A DNA stretch of 64,000 nt, taken from Octopus sinensis (taxonomy: Eukaryota). How positions within the stretch are numbered: the first letter of the stretch is position 1; every line of letters begins with the position of its first letter. Under the pieces are notes generated by a model that was not told the DNA's origin, did not search any database, and saw only the letters and a list, made by a program, of their open reading frames with translations. Shown piece after piece: positions 1 to 13,739 of the stretch. The stretch lies in NCBI RefSeq assembly GCF_006345805.1, contig NC_043015.1, positions 33,914,001 through 33,978,000 of the forward strand, given 5' to 3'. The position numbers were made by a program, and so were the translations under genes.

Positions 1-195
1 CCGGTGGCATGTAAAAAGCACCCACTACACTCTCAGAGTGGTTGGCGTTAGGAAGGGCATCCAGCTGTAGAAACTCTGCCAAATCAAGATTGGAGCCTGG
101 TGCAGCCATCTGGTTTGCCAGTCCTCAGTCAAAATCGTCCAACCCAAGCTAGCATGGAAAGCGGACATTAGACAATGATGATGATGATGATGATG
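1..195 (+). mobile_element. 3' UTR and (GAT)n tail of RTE-clade LINE (cut by window edge)
   Basis: Same sequence as the 3' UTR attached to the RTE ORF at 18207-19553 (ggcgttaggaagggcatccagctgtagaaac...gcatggaaagcggac), ending in (gat)n. Confidence 0.85.
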
Positions 196-2219
196 TACAC
201 ACACACAAATATGTGCACACCAGTATATATCCACACACTTGTCATAAGAATTTTAAATAGTCAATGTGGAAGTGTGTTCATGTGTGTGTGTTTGTGAGTG
301 TGTGAGTGTACACGTGTGAAGTCCAACAGATAGACAGGCAGACAGGCAGGTGGGTAGACATGAAGCTGTGTAGATGCCAGGACAGACAAACAGAGACAGA
401 CAGAGAAGCAAAAAAGAGAGATACAAGAGAGAACAAATGAGAGAGAAAGTGTGTGCAAGAGGGATAGAGAGAATAAAGAGAACAGGAAAGAGTGTAAGTA
501 GACAAGAAGAAAAATGGTAAAGCAGAATGTGAGAGAGGTGGGGGGGGAGATTAAACAGTATTAAAAGAGGGAAGTCTCCATAAAAGATACACAAGCGTTT
601 ACAATATGTCTTCTGTGGTAGGTTATTCTATTGTCTGCCAAAACAACGGGATAAATTCATTAGATCCCTGTCAAGAGAACTTTTCTCTTCATAGATTTTA
701 ATCAATAAGATTTAGTTGGCCTTTTTAAACAATACTCAGTCAATTTTATTGATTAAATAACTTCAGGTTTCTGAGAAAATGTCTCTACAGTTTGACAATG
801 GTTGATGGTGTGGGTTGATATTTGTGTTATGGCTGGCTTTCTCTTTGCTTCAGACAACAGGTTGTCAAGTAAACAAAATAGCAATTATCTTCGGATAACA
901 AAGCTGGTACTTAAAAGTTCTCATTGAAATACATGTGCATATTGTTCCATTCACATTGACATACAAATGTGTGTGTGTGTATTCACACAGACATGTAGGT
1001 ATATATATGTATATGCATACATGCATGCATGCATACATGCATACATACATACATACATACATGCATAAGTACATAATGCATATATACATACATACATATT
1101 GCAATGAATGCTACAAGTATCTTGGAATTGAGGAGAATATTGCATACTAGCAGAAACACCCATCATTGACTGGGTTGAAAAAAAGCTGCCAAAATGGTAC
1201 TCTGAATATTGAAAGTTATTCACTTAGATTGTATTGAACATGGCCAGAAATGGAACTTGGGGTGGTGGGGGTCATTGTAGGAAGGTGAAATAAATGTTGT
1301 TTGAGTTAGAGTTGGTAGCACAGGAATCTGAAAGACATACAGGTGTTAAGGAATGGTCATCACAGTTATACTGATTTTATTATGGCTTTAAATGGTAAAG
1401 TTACATAATGATGGAATTGTAGTTAGAATTGTAGGTTCAAGTGGAACTTTGTTAGTGAAAGAGAAGAGATTCATGAAAATAATTACACAAGTTGTGAAGT
1501 TGTATGAGGATGATCAAATGATTCTGCTTTGATGAGAGCAACAACAGGTTTTCAGGTATAACTACAGACCCCCCCACCATCTGTTGCAACATAACTTCCA
1601 AAAAAGATGGTTACTTTTTCATGAAATTCTCAACAAATCCCACTTAGACACTGTACATTCAGAGTATATAGGAATTTACGGGAAAGAATTATTTTGAGTG
1701 GGTGTGGAGTGGAGTTTCAGAAAATTCACATGGCCCCATTTTTTCCCTCATAACTGGGTATTTTTTAATGCAAGTTTATACAGTTATCTTTGAAATGGCA
1801 TTCATTATGATTCTAAAGAAATTTGTGGATAAAATGTTCTCCGAGGGGGCGGAGAGGGGAGTTTTGAAAAAAGTCTGATCAAGAAAACCATAGAAGTTCA
1901 TTTTTTTTACTCCATCTCCCAACCGACTGATCTTCAGGATTATTTTTTGGCACTTAAAAACTATGGTGGGGTGGGGGAGCCTTTTTGATATTAAAACAAA
2001 ACTTTTAATTATTTTCAGAGGAAAAACTATGATTTAAGGAAGATTTGGCTGTTGATTCTAGCACATCTCAAGACCACCTTTCTTGTTTTTTTCTCACTCT
2101 TGCATGTATCTATGTTTTTAAATATTTTTCTCCCCATAAACACATTTATTCTATAAAAAACACTTGAAAATTTATGGGTTTTTTTTGTAAATTCCTAATA
2201 ATATCTAATTATAAAACTG

Positions 2220-2445
2220 AAGGTGGCAAGTGGGCAGGCAGAATGAGTAGCATTCTGGGCACAAGGTTTAGCAGCATTTCGCCCATCTTTACATTCTGAA
2301 TTCAAATTCTGCTGAGGATGATTTTGCTTTTCATCATTTCGGGGTCAATAAAATGAGCCCCAGTTAAACACTGGGTGGGGTGATGTAATTGACTTACCTC
2401 TCCCCTCAGCTTGCTGGCCTTGTGTCAAAATTTGAAAGCAATATT
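2220..2445 (+). mobile_element. tRNA-derived SINE, Nin/Deu-domain type, degenerate
   Basis: Similar to 3773-4003 (ttcaaattctgctgagg...ttgcttttcatcatttcggggtcaataaaatgag). Confidence 0.75.
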
Positions 2446-3772
2446 TAATTATAAAAATACAGCAGGATGTTGTTTATACTCATTGAATGGCTATGAAAGT
2501 CCAGTAAAGTAAAACAGGAATCAAAGGGGCCCATAAGGATGAAACTGGTTGAGATCCCCTGATTTGGTTTCTAAACAGTAGAGAAATGAGTTCATTATAT
2601 GTATACTAAGCAGTGAAAATAGTATTTTTGGAGTAGGTGAAGAATTCTTGAATGGGTGCCCTGAATGTACAGTTGTTTCATGTAAGCACAGGGTAGGTGG
2701 ACTAACCTACTTGTCCACATGCAGGTAGGTGAAATACTCATACCAACAGAAAGTTATGCATGGGTACATATCCTGCAAACTGGAAGATCTCAACAACATG
2801 AAAGGAAGAAATGTCTCTTCTGGGTCTGTGGAAGACACATCACATCTCACTGAGGTGAATATTCATTCACTATCCAGGAACAGGGGATTGTGACTAAATA
2901 TCTGATCCCTAAGACAATTGAGGTAGCCCCCAAACTCCATTAAAATATTAAATGTTGATTATGCTACAACAATGTGCAAGGTGTCACCCACATCAGCAGT
3001 TGACCAAAATGTCAACAAGGCACTACTTTCCCCATGAGATATCAAAAGTAAGGAACCTGGTGTGGCTCCTGGCCTTCCCAGCTCCTGTTAAACCAGCCAA
3101 CCCATGCCAGCATAGAAAACAGATGATAAATGATGAGGATGAGGCTTCTGCTGCTGCTGATGGTGATGATGATGATTATGAGGAGGAAGAGGACTTGAAG
3201 CTGTATTATTTTTGTTTTTTTTTTAAATGAATCTGCAAACCTTATGTGACTCAAAAGAATCTTAATGAAGGCTTGAAATTCACAGAATTCTCTATCACAC
3301 GCATACACACACACTGACATGCACTAACTCCCCCCCACACACACACACTAAAACATACACACCGCTAAAAGGATTGAATATGTCAAGCTGGATGGTCATG
3401 TCACTACTCGGTCTACAGCAATGTCAGTGTTGGAAATATATATATAGAGATAACATATGATGATGACGTCACTTGCGGAAACAAAAACAACAGCTAAATC
3501 ATTATTTGATTCTGCTACAAAGCAAACACACCAGCAACAATTTGCAGTCTCATAAATTCATAATTCATGCTTTCCTTTAGTGTGAACCAAATGAATAGTC
3601 GTCTGTCAGCCAATTATAATCTTTTCACCCATTAGTTGCTACATATATTGTCAGTCAATCGAGAATGGTGATCTAAAAGTACCAATTTATCTGTTTATTC
3701 TAGACAAAGGTCATAAAAGCACATTGCCATGATGACTACGGCTCCAGAACTTTGCTAGACTATATTAGCAAA

Positions 3773-4003
3773 GGCGGAAAGCTAGCAGAAACTTTAGCAC
3801 GCCAGGCGAAATGCGTAGCCGTATTTCGCCTGCCGTTACGTTTTGAGTTCAAATTCCGCCGAGGTCGACTTTGCCTTTCATCCTTTCGGGGTCGATAACT
3901 TAAGTACCAGTTACACACTGGGGTCGATGTAATCGATTTAATCCGTTTGTCTGTCCTTGTTTGTCCCCTCTGTGTTTAGCCCCTTGTGGGTAGTAAAGAA
4001 ATA
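3773..4003 (+). mobile_element. Young full-length tRNA-derived SINE with Nin/Deu-like central domain
   Basis: B-box-like gagttcaaattcc; central gaggtcgactttgcctttcatcctttcggggtcgat...aagtaccag; CpGs retained; flanking direct repeat tatattagcaaaggc at 3761-3775 and 4004-4018. Confidence 0.9.
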
Positions 4004-6029
4004 TATATTAGCAAAGGCTGGGATTGTTTCAGTAAAATGCTTTGCTTTGGGTTTTTTTGTTTGCTTGTTTGTATAGTATCTCAGATGGTCATTATGCCAA
4101 TAACAAACACACACACTGGTTCAAATTTTCTTCCTAATTTGTTAGTTAATTATTGAACTATCTAACTAATGGATTGTTTCTTTAACCATTCAGTTAATCA
4201 ATAACTCAGTTGTATTTGCCAAAGTCATGACCTCTTCAAATGGCATGCTTTCTTTACTCAAGGTCAGCTGCTTAAATAAGTAAAGTTGCAAACAGAATTT
4301 GTAAAAGCAACAACATATGACTTATGTAGAAGTCGAAATATAAAGACAAGGTGAGGACAATGACTCCTGGATGAGTGTAAAGGATTGGATGTTATTTGCA
4401 GAAATGACTATTCTGACAGTCATACCCAAAGCACACCACAGCTGGGACATATTCACAGCAATAAATATAAGGAATATCGGTGGAACATTCCAATAAAAAC
4501 AGTAAGCCAGAGCACACATAGCAGACCTGATCCTGTTCCAGAGGACAGAAAACGAAAGTCATGCACTGCTGTAGCAGATAGGAGTACACTGCTTCCCAAC
4601 AGACATGAACGCTAATAGTATAGGAGCATGCACTGTAACAGTGCATCCCTGCCTCTACCATTCGTTGGTGAGCCCCTACACCTGGTGGATGGCACTTTTG
4701 CACCACTCAGGTGACAACTCTACAACCCATGGGTCTGGTTGGGTAATCATTGCTGGTGAGGATTTTCCAAGGTCGGTGTGCAAATCCTACCTGACCTCCT
4801 TCACAACATGCAGAGAAAGCATTGGGTCTATTCTCTGACATGCTAGTCCTCACAAGTACAAGAGCAACATGAAAGGGAGTGTTTCGCTCAAAAACAAAAC
4901 ACCTGACTCACTCCTAACCACAAGGCCATGCACCTTCACTAAACATGAATGCTTCCACTAAAAAAGCTGAAAAAAGAGAACATCTACGGGGAACTGTTAA
5001 GAAACTTACAGCTCTTCTTCCCAAGCCATAGATTATTATTTGCATCAATTACACTGGAACAACAATTTTTAATTATTTATTTTGTCTTTGCTTATTAAGT
5101 GTTACTTCTTATTTGCTTCTATCTTAGAAATCAAAGGAAACATTTTGAAACTGACCTATTTTCCATTACATTTCAGACACTGAGTTGCTGGGTCAGAAAT
5201 ATTGTTATAGCAGATATTCTGCTCAGTACCACAGATCTGCTTCTTGGTTGCCTGACCTTAACCACTTGAGCATGTCCCTTAGCATCTGACAATATGTGCA
5301 TCTCTGGTCATGAGCAGGAGTAATGGGGGAGGATCATAGCCATGTGTCGAGAGGGATTCTTTGAGGTTTGAATTAATATCATAATGAAATCAATTTCTGA
5401 AGGAAATAGTACTTTTTCATACTTTCTAGGGGTCAGCAAATAGGGAATAACAGTTGTCGCCCAAGGTCAAAAATAGTGTTACACAGTGTCATCATTAGGG
5501 GCTCTGCACTGTTTAACAACAGATTTGCAAAATAGTCTGGAAATGATGCAGCACTTTAAGAAATAACAATGTATATTGGCTCACATCTTCCAAATACAAT
5601 GAAAAGTTATATGTTGTTTATTACTGTGGCAGGCAATACAGAAAATATTCAGTAGCATATCAGATGTTGTTGGCCTCTCACTCAACCATCCACTAAATCT
5701 GAAAAATGAAAAGAGAGAGTGACTCACAACAACCCTTCTGGAAGTACAATGTAACTAATTCAAGGGAGAGAATAAATAACTCAAGAAATTGATTGATGCT
5801 TCGTTTAATTAATCCTAAAAGAATGAAAAGTGAAGATGACCTGAGTGGGATTTGACCCCAAAGTGCAGATACTTGCAAAAAATACCACAAGGCATTCTAA
5901 CCTGCTCTAATGATCATCAATTCATAATGATAGACATGGATATAAGAATGGTCACAGGTGGAAGACCTTTAATTAAGTTTGTTGCTGCATCAAAACTGAC
6001 CTGGAGTTAATAACTAAACACTCCTTTCT

Positions 6030-6220
6030 ACTATTGGCACACGGCCAGAAAAGTTGGAAAAGGGTGGGGGGAGGGGTTATTCAATTAACTTGGCACCAAT
6101 ACTTGACTGGTACTATTTCATCAACTCCAAAAAGATGAAAGACAGGATTCAAACTCTGAATGTAAAGAGAGATGAAATTCTGGTAAGTGTTTTGCCCAGC
6201 ATACTAACAACTCCGCACTA
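6030..6220 (-). mobile_element. Nin-type SINE, degenerate
   Basis: Reverse-complement similarity to 3773-4003 (ctggtactatttcatcaactccaaaaagatgaaag). Confidence 0.65.
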
Positions 6221-7024
6221 ATCAATAACCAGATACTGTAAGACATTTAGTTTAGTGATTGGTGCCATTATTCAAAAAAATTTCTGCTATTTTGCTGTAC
6301 TCATCATCATCATCATCGTCATCGTCATCATTCTTTAACATTTGTTTTCCATGCTGACATGGGTTCTACTCACTAATTACAAAACAAAAAGAAAAAATGA
6401 CTAGATCTTAACCAAGAATTGTCCACTCAAAAATTCTTCTGATTAGTTTACTTCATTACAGATCTTTCACAAATTACTCTCCATATAATTAGGAATAATT
6501 TCTTTAAAGAATGTGCATTATTGATGTTTAACCATCTTTTATTTCTTCACTTTAATTCCTCTTCCATTTTTGTTCTTGGACTGTATTTAGAATTTCTGAA
6601 AGATTATTACTAATGTTACATTTCCATTGACACACCCTAATCTCCTACTTAAAGTCTAACACAAGTCGGCTCTTTTTAAAAATAATTTATTAATTACCCA
6701 ATATCCTGGTTTTAAGAAGTCAAGAGTAAAAGGTTGTGGATTCTACCTTCCAAATTCTTCAACACCAGAACAATATCAAACACCTATAACACCGAATCAG
6801 CCATTACCTTTTGAGTGAATTTAGTAGATGGAAACTATGTGGAATCCCTCTGTTATGTGTGTGTGTCTGTTTATCTCCACACAACACCTACCTTGACAAT
6901 CATTATTGGTTTCTTTGTGTCCTTCAACTTAGTGGGTTTGGCAAAAGAGAGAAAGAGAAGCTAAAATGGGCAAAAGATGAAAGACATAAGTTTACTCCTC
7001 CCAGTTGACATTAGTTCTTACATG

Positions 7025-7230
7025 AAGGTGACAAGTGTGCAAAATCGTTAACATGCTGCGGAAAATACCAAGCAGAATTTCATCTGTCTTTATGTCCTGT
7101 GTTCAAATTCTGCTAAGGTCAGCTTTTCCTTTCAGCCTTTCAGGGTCAATAAAAGAAGTACCAGTTGAGCACTGGGATTTGGACCCTTCCCCCCAAATTT
7201 CTGGTCTTGTGCCAAAATTTGAAACCAACA
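7025..7230 (+). mobile_element. Nin-type SINE, degenerate
   Basis: gttcaaattctgctaaggtcagcttttcctttcagcctttcagggtcaataaaagaagtaccag. Confidence 0.75.
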
Positions 7231-7989
7231 TTCATGGTTTTAATTGTGTTCTTTTTTAGGTTAGATGAGTCCTGAACCTAAGATCAAAGACATTCCAGCC
7301 TTGACCAACTCATCTTTTTTTTAAATGTATCATTCCTTTGATACAGTGTGATATGAGGGACATCTTATTGCTGTTTTTAACAAGATGGACAACCCTGTAG
7401 AGAAAACGGAATTGATAGTAAAACACTACAATATTAACTCTTTATCCAATAATCCCATCCTAAAATAACACCACTGCCCCACCTAAATACCAGTTAATCA
7501 TGAAACAGAATATTTCAGTATTTTAGAGACTTTAATGAAATGTTTGATAGGTTCAGTTGCCATGAGAATTAAAGACTGAAGCAGTTCGGCTCTTTTGTTT
7601 CACCTGAGTGTGAAAATGTGAGAAGATGACATTGTCTCTTTGGTTGTGGCTAAATTACCTTCCTCCATCTCACCTCATTTCTATAAATTAAGAAGATGAG
7701 CGTCTTTCATTTAAGCACATCTTTTCACAGCTGATAATATAAGAGCAATCTATATGGAGTAAGTTCACAATTAAGAAGTGGAACATACAATTTCCTGTAA
7801 TTCAAACTGCCTCATGGTCCCAGCAGACAAAATAGAAGATGGCAAAGGGGATGTGCTGGAACAGCCACTCTGACTCATGGGACTCGCAGATAGCCATCTC
7901 CACCCCGATAGTGGTGAGCAGGGATATAGCAGGGACCCAAGAATGCCAGTGGTCTCTATTGTCACAGGCTAACTTTAAAGGGCTGTCCA

Positions 7990-8400
7990 GATGTGGTTGA
8001 TCCTTATCTCCTTTGCCCTTTATTTCTAGATGTGGTTGGTTTTGGTCTCTTCTTCCCTTTACTATTGGGTGTGGTTAGTTTCTCTCTTGTTCTCTCTCTC
8101 TCTCTCTCTCCCTCTTTTGTTACTACTAGCTCACTTTCCACCTTCCTTTCTGTAGTGCAACTGACCTTTCTCTTTCTGTCCCTTCACTACTGGTTAAGGT
8201 ATCCCTCCTTCTGCTACTGGGTGTGGTCAGTCTATATTCCTCCTCCCTTTATTTATGGGTCTGGTTAGTTTTTGTCTCTCCCCTCCCTCTACTTTTAAGA
8301 GTAATTGGTCTTTGTCTCCTCCTCCAATTATTTCTGGGTGTGGTTGATTTCTGTCTCCTCCCTCTTTTACTTTTGGGTGTTGTCTTTGTTTCCCCCTCCC
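7990..8400. repeat. Degenerate ~39-bp minisatellite
   Basis: tgtggtt-like motif recurs at about 7992, 8031, 8070, 8221, 8260, 8339 and 8378, each followed by a pyrimidine tract. Confidence 0.6.
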
Positions 8401-9039
8401 TTCTCTTACACTACTTCCTCCTTCAAACTGACATGTTACACATGTTCTATCTTTCTCTCTCTCTAAACTTCATTCCCCAGCTTCCATTCATCTCCCATCC
8501 CAGATTTCCATCCTTCTCCCTTGGCTTTTCACCTACTCACCCACTTCCTTCATTTAAATTCCTTCCAATTTACCTGACCCCAAGCCAACACCAATGTATG
8601 TCCTTCATTTTATATCAAGGACCCAAAACATTAAATTCTTCATTCTTCAAAGCAGTTGAACTTAGTGAATGGGAAAAAAACAAACAAAAAGAAACCCAAC
8701 AAAAACAAGAAGAATACATAAGAAAATGTAGTCCTAGATTTATTGTGCCTGAATAAAAGATGGAATCATCATAGCTAGAACACCTTTTAATCACAGGCCT
8801 ATAATTATTCCCTCTAATTTGCTCATTGTCATTGCTATACACACACACACACACACACACATCATTGGTTTGACATTCACTTTTTCATGCACACACGGAG
8901 CTAATAGAGGTAGAGTTCCTTGAGGCAGATTTTCTACAACCAGAGCCCTTCCTTCTACCAAGTGTAGAGAAATATTTTCCAAAGGCCAGGCATGTTTTCA
9001 CAGAGATGCTGTCAAGACAAACACACACACACACACAAT

Positions 9040-9200
9040 GGGATTTCTTCAGTATCCATCGATCAAATCCACTCAGAAGGCTTTGGTTAGCCCAGGACTA
9101 TAACAGAAGACACTTGCCGAAGGTGCTGCGTAGTGGGATTGAACCCAAAACCATGTGATTGAAAGCAAACTTCAAAGCCACACAGCCATGCCTGCTCCTA
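9040..9200 (-). mobile_element. CORE-type tRNA SINE, 5' part
   Basis: Reverse-complement match to 15118-15285. Confidence 0.8.
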
Positions 9201-10544
9201 TATGTGTGTGTGCGTATGCACATATGCGTGTACATATATACACATCTATCTATGCATACATATATACATATATATATGTGTATATATCTACACACACACA
9301 TATATATAAATATATATGTCTGTATGTCTTGATCTACTTTCTCTATACTCTCTATTCCTGTTAGATGCACAGATATGTATATGTAATATGTACTCTCTAC
9401 ATAACACTCCCCCCCGCCCCCTGTTACTGCTATCTCTAATATATTCTCTTAGTCCTCCTCCTCCTCATCCCCTCCTCCCCGTCTCCACTACCTCCCTCAC
9501 CACCCACCCCCACCACCCCCAGCCCGTATAAATAAGAGATTTGTTTCTGAACATCTACATTTCATATTGCCACAAATATTGATTTCTTGAGTTGGCACGA
9601 TGCTAACGGAGCAGAAATGAATAATGAAGCAAGTAAGACAGGAAGGAGATTGTGTGATGCTCATCACTTTCCCAATATGGTGAGTGATGTAGAAGAAATG
9701 GAAGGGTTTATAAGAAAAGTCAACAGCTGAAATTGACTTAAAAACCCATTTGGTTCACTGGGAATATTAACAGCATTTAATGGTTGTGTGGATGTGTGTG
9801 GGTGGTGTGTGGTGTGTGTCATGCATCAATAGTAACACCCCCTCAGCATCATTGTCATCAACATCACTACACACACACACACATCACTACTACCACTATT
9901 TTCTTCATCATCATCATCAGCAGCAGCAGCATCATCATCATCATCACTAACAACACCTTTCACATTTCATCTTCTTTATCTTCTTTATCATAATCTTTAT
10001 GTTCCACATTGATTCCTCTCTGCTTCCCCCCCCCCCGTCTTCCCATCTCCACCTTTACCCCACCCACCTCACCCCATCCCGCCCTACTCTATCCTATGTA
10101 TTGTTAGCTACAGTAGTACTGTAATTGTTGTTTATCATCTCACTGTACACGGTATGTGGTCGACTGTTGGAAATGTGCCAGCCAACAGGACACACATATG
10201 CACACACATATACACACATACATATATGTGCATGTTTGCATATACTCATACTGACACACACACACACACAGTGCCACAGACATAAAACTCATGCAGACAT
10301 ACAAACACATGCACATTCATGCTTAGATATTTACTAAAGGAATGCATTTCAAGACATAATTCTAGAGATCTCGATACAAATATCAATAAATACATAAAAG
10401 TACACAACGTTCAAGGGAATGGTGCAACAGCTCACACTCAACCTCCAAAGACATTTAAAAGACAAATATACAGGTTGGAAAACTGAGATACAGAAATTTG
10501 GTCTGATTAAAGTAAATAAAGCAACTGTAGACCCTTATGAAGGT

Positions 10545-10846
10545 TTCTTCCACCTAGAAAGTTACCCTCCTAGGCACAAGTCCGGGCAAGGTTGTTTTAT
10601 GGAAGACCAGGAGTAACCCATGCATACCGGCCTCCCCTCTCCACACTACCAGTGTTATCCAAGGGAAATGCAAAGGGGCCGATACAGCTTGGCACCTGTG
10701 ACGTCGCAACTCATTTCTACAGCTGAGTGAACTGGAGCAACATGAAATAAAGTGTCTTGCTCAAGAACACAACATGCAGCTCGGTCCGGGATTTGAGCTC
10801 ACAACCTCACGATCGTAAGCTCGACGCTCTAACCACTGAGCCATGC
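10545..10846 (-). mobile_element. tRNA-derived SINE, third family
   Basis: Minus strand starts ggcatggctcagtggttagagcgtcg (A box), then gagctcaaatcc (B-box-like) and gtgttcttgagcaagacacttt; second copy at 25320-25570. Confidence 0.85.
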
Positions 10847-11308
10847 CAAACAAATGGAGGAATGGAAGAAATGAAGTTGAAAATGCACAGAGAATATATT
10901 AGGATTAATTAGAATTTAATCATATTTTAAAACATAGGAAGACATTTGACCAGCTTCACATTAGATCTGTATAGTGTATGGAGCTGTGGGGGTGAACTGT
11001 GTCTGTTCTTGCCATTGTTACAAAAAATAGCTTGTTTGCAAAATAGGAATGTAGCTCAGAATGTTATCCGTTTATGTACAAGTTCATTTGGTTGACATTC
11101 ATGTATCATACTCATGTGGTAGTAGTGCAAGAATGTCACATGAAAGTTTTTCTCTATCAAATATGTCATAGGACAGTTAGAAGAGAGAGAGAGATGAATA
11201 AGTGATATAATAATTGTTTACACAAAGATGCTATAGATACGTAATTATTGTTTATTATTCTATCAAAGAATAATGTTATCAATTAGGGCTAGTTCCCTCC
11301 CATTGAAT

Positions 11309-11339
<31 letters not shown>

Positions 11340-11699
11340 TATGAATGTTTGTTTGCTTGACTACACGAAGGACATTATATTGAAAATGGTTTGTGAAATC
11401 ATTTGTAGCTGATGTTGAAGCTATTGGCTATTTCAAAATACTTTTCTAAGGAAGAATTCCTCTGCAAACAGCTATTACTTTGTACATAAGCATGAAGAAC
11501 ATTCTTTCTTTCTCTTGATTCCGAAACTACTAATGTTCTCTGAAGAAAAAGAAAACAGAAATCATTCCATCAGCTTCATCTACACTCTGATAAATTTCAT
11601 CTTCTATTTTAATGAAATGCCTCAATTTCTGATATACATTTTCACCTATTTTTGTCTCCAATCTCATTGTTTGTTTATATCTGACATCTCGATATACTC

Positions 11700-12113
11700 T
11701 TTACTCTCTTTTACTCTTTTACTTGTTTCAGTCATTTGACTGCGGCCATGCTGGGGCACCGCCTTTAGTCGAGCAAATCAACCCCGGGACTTATTCTTTG
11801 TAAGCCCAATACTTATTCTATCGGTCTCTTTTGCCGAACCGCTAAGTGACGGGGATGTAAACACACCAGCATCGGTTGTCAAGCAATGCTAGGGGGACAA
11901 ACACAGACACACAAACATATACACACACACTTATATATACACATATATACGACAGGCTTCTTTCAGTTTCCGTCTACCAAATCCACTCACAAGGCATTGG
12001 TCGGCCCGGGGCTATAGCAGAAGACACTTGCCCAAGTTGCCACGCAGTGGGACTGAACCCGGAACCATGTGGTTGGTTAGCAAGCTACTTACCACACAAC
12101 CACTCCTGCGCCT
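11700..12113 (-). mobile_element. Full-length CORE-type tRNA SINE (octopus OR-like)
   Basis: Minus strand aggcgcaggagtggttgtgtggtaag...ggttcagtccc...cttgggcaagtgtcttc, internal (TA/TG)n tract, tail gactgaaacaagtaaaagagtaaaagag. Confidence 0.9.
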
Positions 12114-13018
12114 AGCTACTTACCACATATGAAACATATGAAACATTGTAGCAAAAAAATCAGTGCTGGCAATAATTTCTGTAGAAATACCTTAACAAAG
12201 TAATGTAAAGAACACTGCTAACACAGTAGAACGTGATGTTGACTTGTAAAAGCATTTAATATACTTTATAGTATATTATGATTGCATAGTGAAATACTAC
12301 ATGCCTATGAGTCATTAATATTTACATACAAGCCCCAGGAATGCATTTAATATGTAAATCGGTATATCCAATAACTTGAAACCGCTGTATATGGTGGTTA
12401 TGTAAGCAATATGTTCGGTGGTAAGAGTAGGTTAGATGGGTGCTGATGAAGGGGAAAAAATTCCCTGAAATATGGCATTTACACTCATTACCCAGTTTTG
12501 TCTCTAATCTTGTTTGTTTGTTTACATCTAATGTCTTGATATGAAATGCTGTATCAAAAGATCAGTGCTGGCAATAATTTCTGTAGAAATAACCTTAACA
12601 AAATTATTAATAATTTACAGGTTAAATTGTACTGAAGATTTCTAAAGAGAATGAAATAGTGCTATACATGATTAACACAAACAAGAAATTATAAAAACTT
12701 TGTAATGGATAAAAAAAAATAATATGTGAACTCTGTGTATCTTCTTCCTGATATTCCATAATTTCATATTTAAATATGTGATTTTGCCTATTGTTGTGAG
12801 GGGATAGTTACCTCCCTTGCATTTAAATGTCTAGCAAGAGGCTGCAATATATATATATATATACACACACACATATATAGCATTTTAAAGCCTTCTATAA
12901 CATACAATAAGAATAAAGTACATTAGAATTAATTATAAATTATTCAAACATATTTAAAAAATATATATATACCTTACCTGTTATTAGTCTGTGGGGAAAG
13001 AAGATAATATTAATCAAC

Positions 13019-13098
13019 GCTACGCATGTTTCAGCACTGGTGGTTTGTTTTACCAGGCTATACCTAATACATAAATCCACCAGTGCATCCTCAGGCTA
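13019..13098 (-). ncRNA. Type I hammerhead ribozyme-like motif in an AT-rich Penelope-like remnant
   Basis: Minus strand gc-CTGAGGA-t-gcactggtgg-[33 nt]-ccaccagtgc-t-GAAAC-atgc-GTA-gc. Confidence 0.6.
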
Positions 13099-13319
13099 TT
13101 TTCCTCTTTTTATTATTATTAACGGACCCAACTTAATCCTACAAATTCTAAGATATCTTCATTAAAAATAAGAATAAAAATAAAAATAATATATATATAA
13201 CTTAATATATTTTTTTACAAAACTTAAAAGATTTTAAAAATGAGAAAATTAGAAATTTTTTTTAAATTCATAAAAATTTAATAAAATAAGACACCTAAAA
13301 ATACAATAACAATATATAT

Positions 13320-13575
13320 CATCATCATCATTTAGCGTCCACCTTCCATGCTAGCATGGGTTGGACGGTTCAACTGGGGTCTGTGAAGCCAGAAGGCTGC
13401 ATCAGGCCCAGTCTGATCTGGCAGTGTTTCTACGGCTGGATGCCCTTCCTAACGCCAACCACTCCGTGAGTGTAGTGGGTGTTTTTTACATGCCACCCGC
13501 ACAGGTGCCAGACGGAGCTGGCAAACGGCCATGGACGGATGGTGCTTTTTACGTGCCACCGGCACAGGGGCCACG
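13320..13575 (-). mobile_element. 5'-truncated RTE LINE (3' UTR only)
   Basis: (cat)n tail plus UTR matching 18207-18440. Confidence 0.85.
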
Positions 13576-13739
13576 TTCATCAACTATTTTATAAACATGT
13601 CAAATTAAACCACCTATCTATATAAACTTTACAGCAATTAATAATTTATTGTGAAATTTACCCCTATCAATACTAGTATATATTACCATTATTATGACAA
13701 AAGTAAGTTAACAATATTTAAACATTAAAAAACCCTACC

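Noticed and set aside
4340-4900. Coding exon or LINE fragment
   Set aside because: More GC-rich than flanks but no frame gives a recognisable motif
8223-8756. 177-aa membrane-like ORF
   Set aside because: Product of a pyrimidine-rich minisatellite
10021-10086. Functional G-quadruplex on the minus strand
   Set aside because: C-runs are present but such tracts are common in this low-complexity background; no supporting context
10770-10846. tRNA gene
   Set aside because: tRNA-like head continues into a SINE body that is repeated at 25320; no complete cloverleaf
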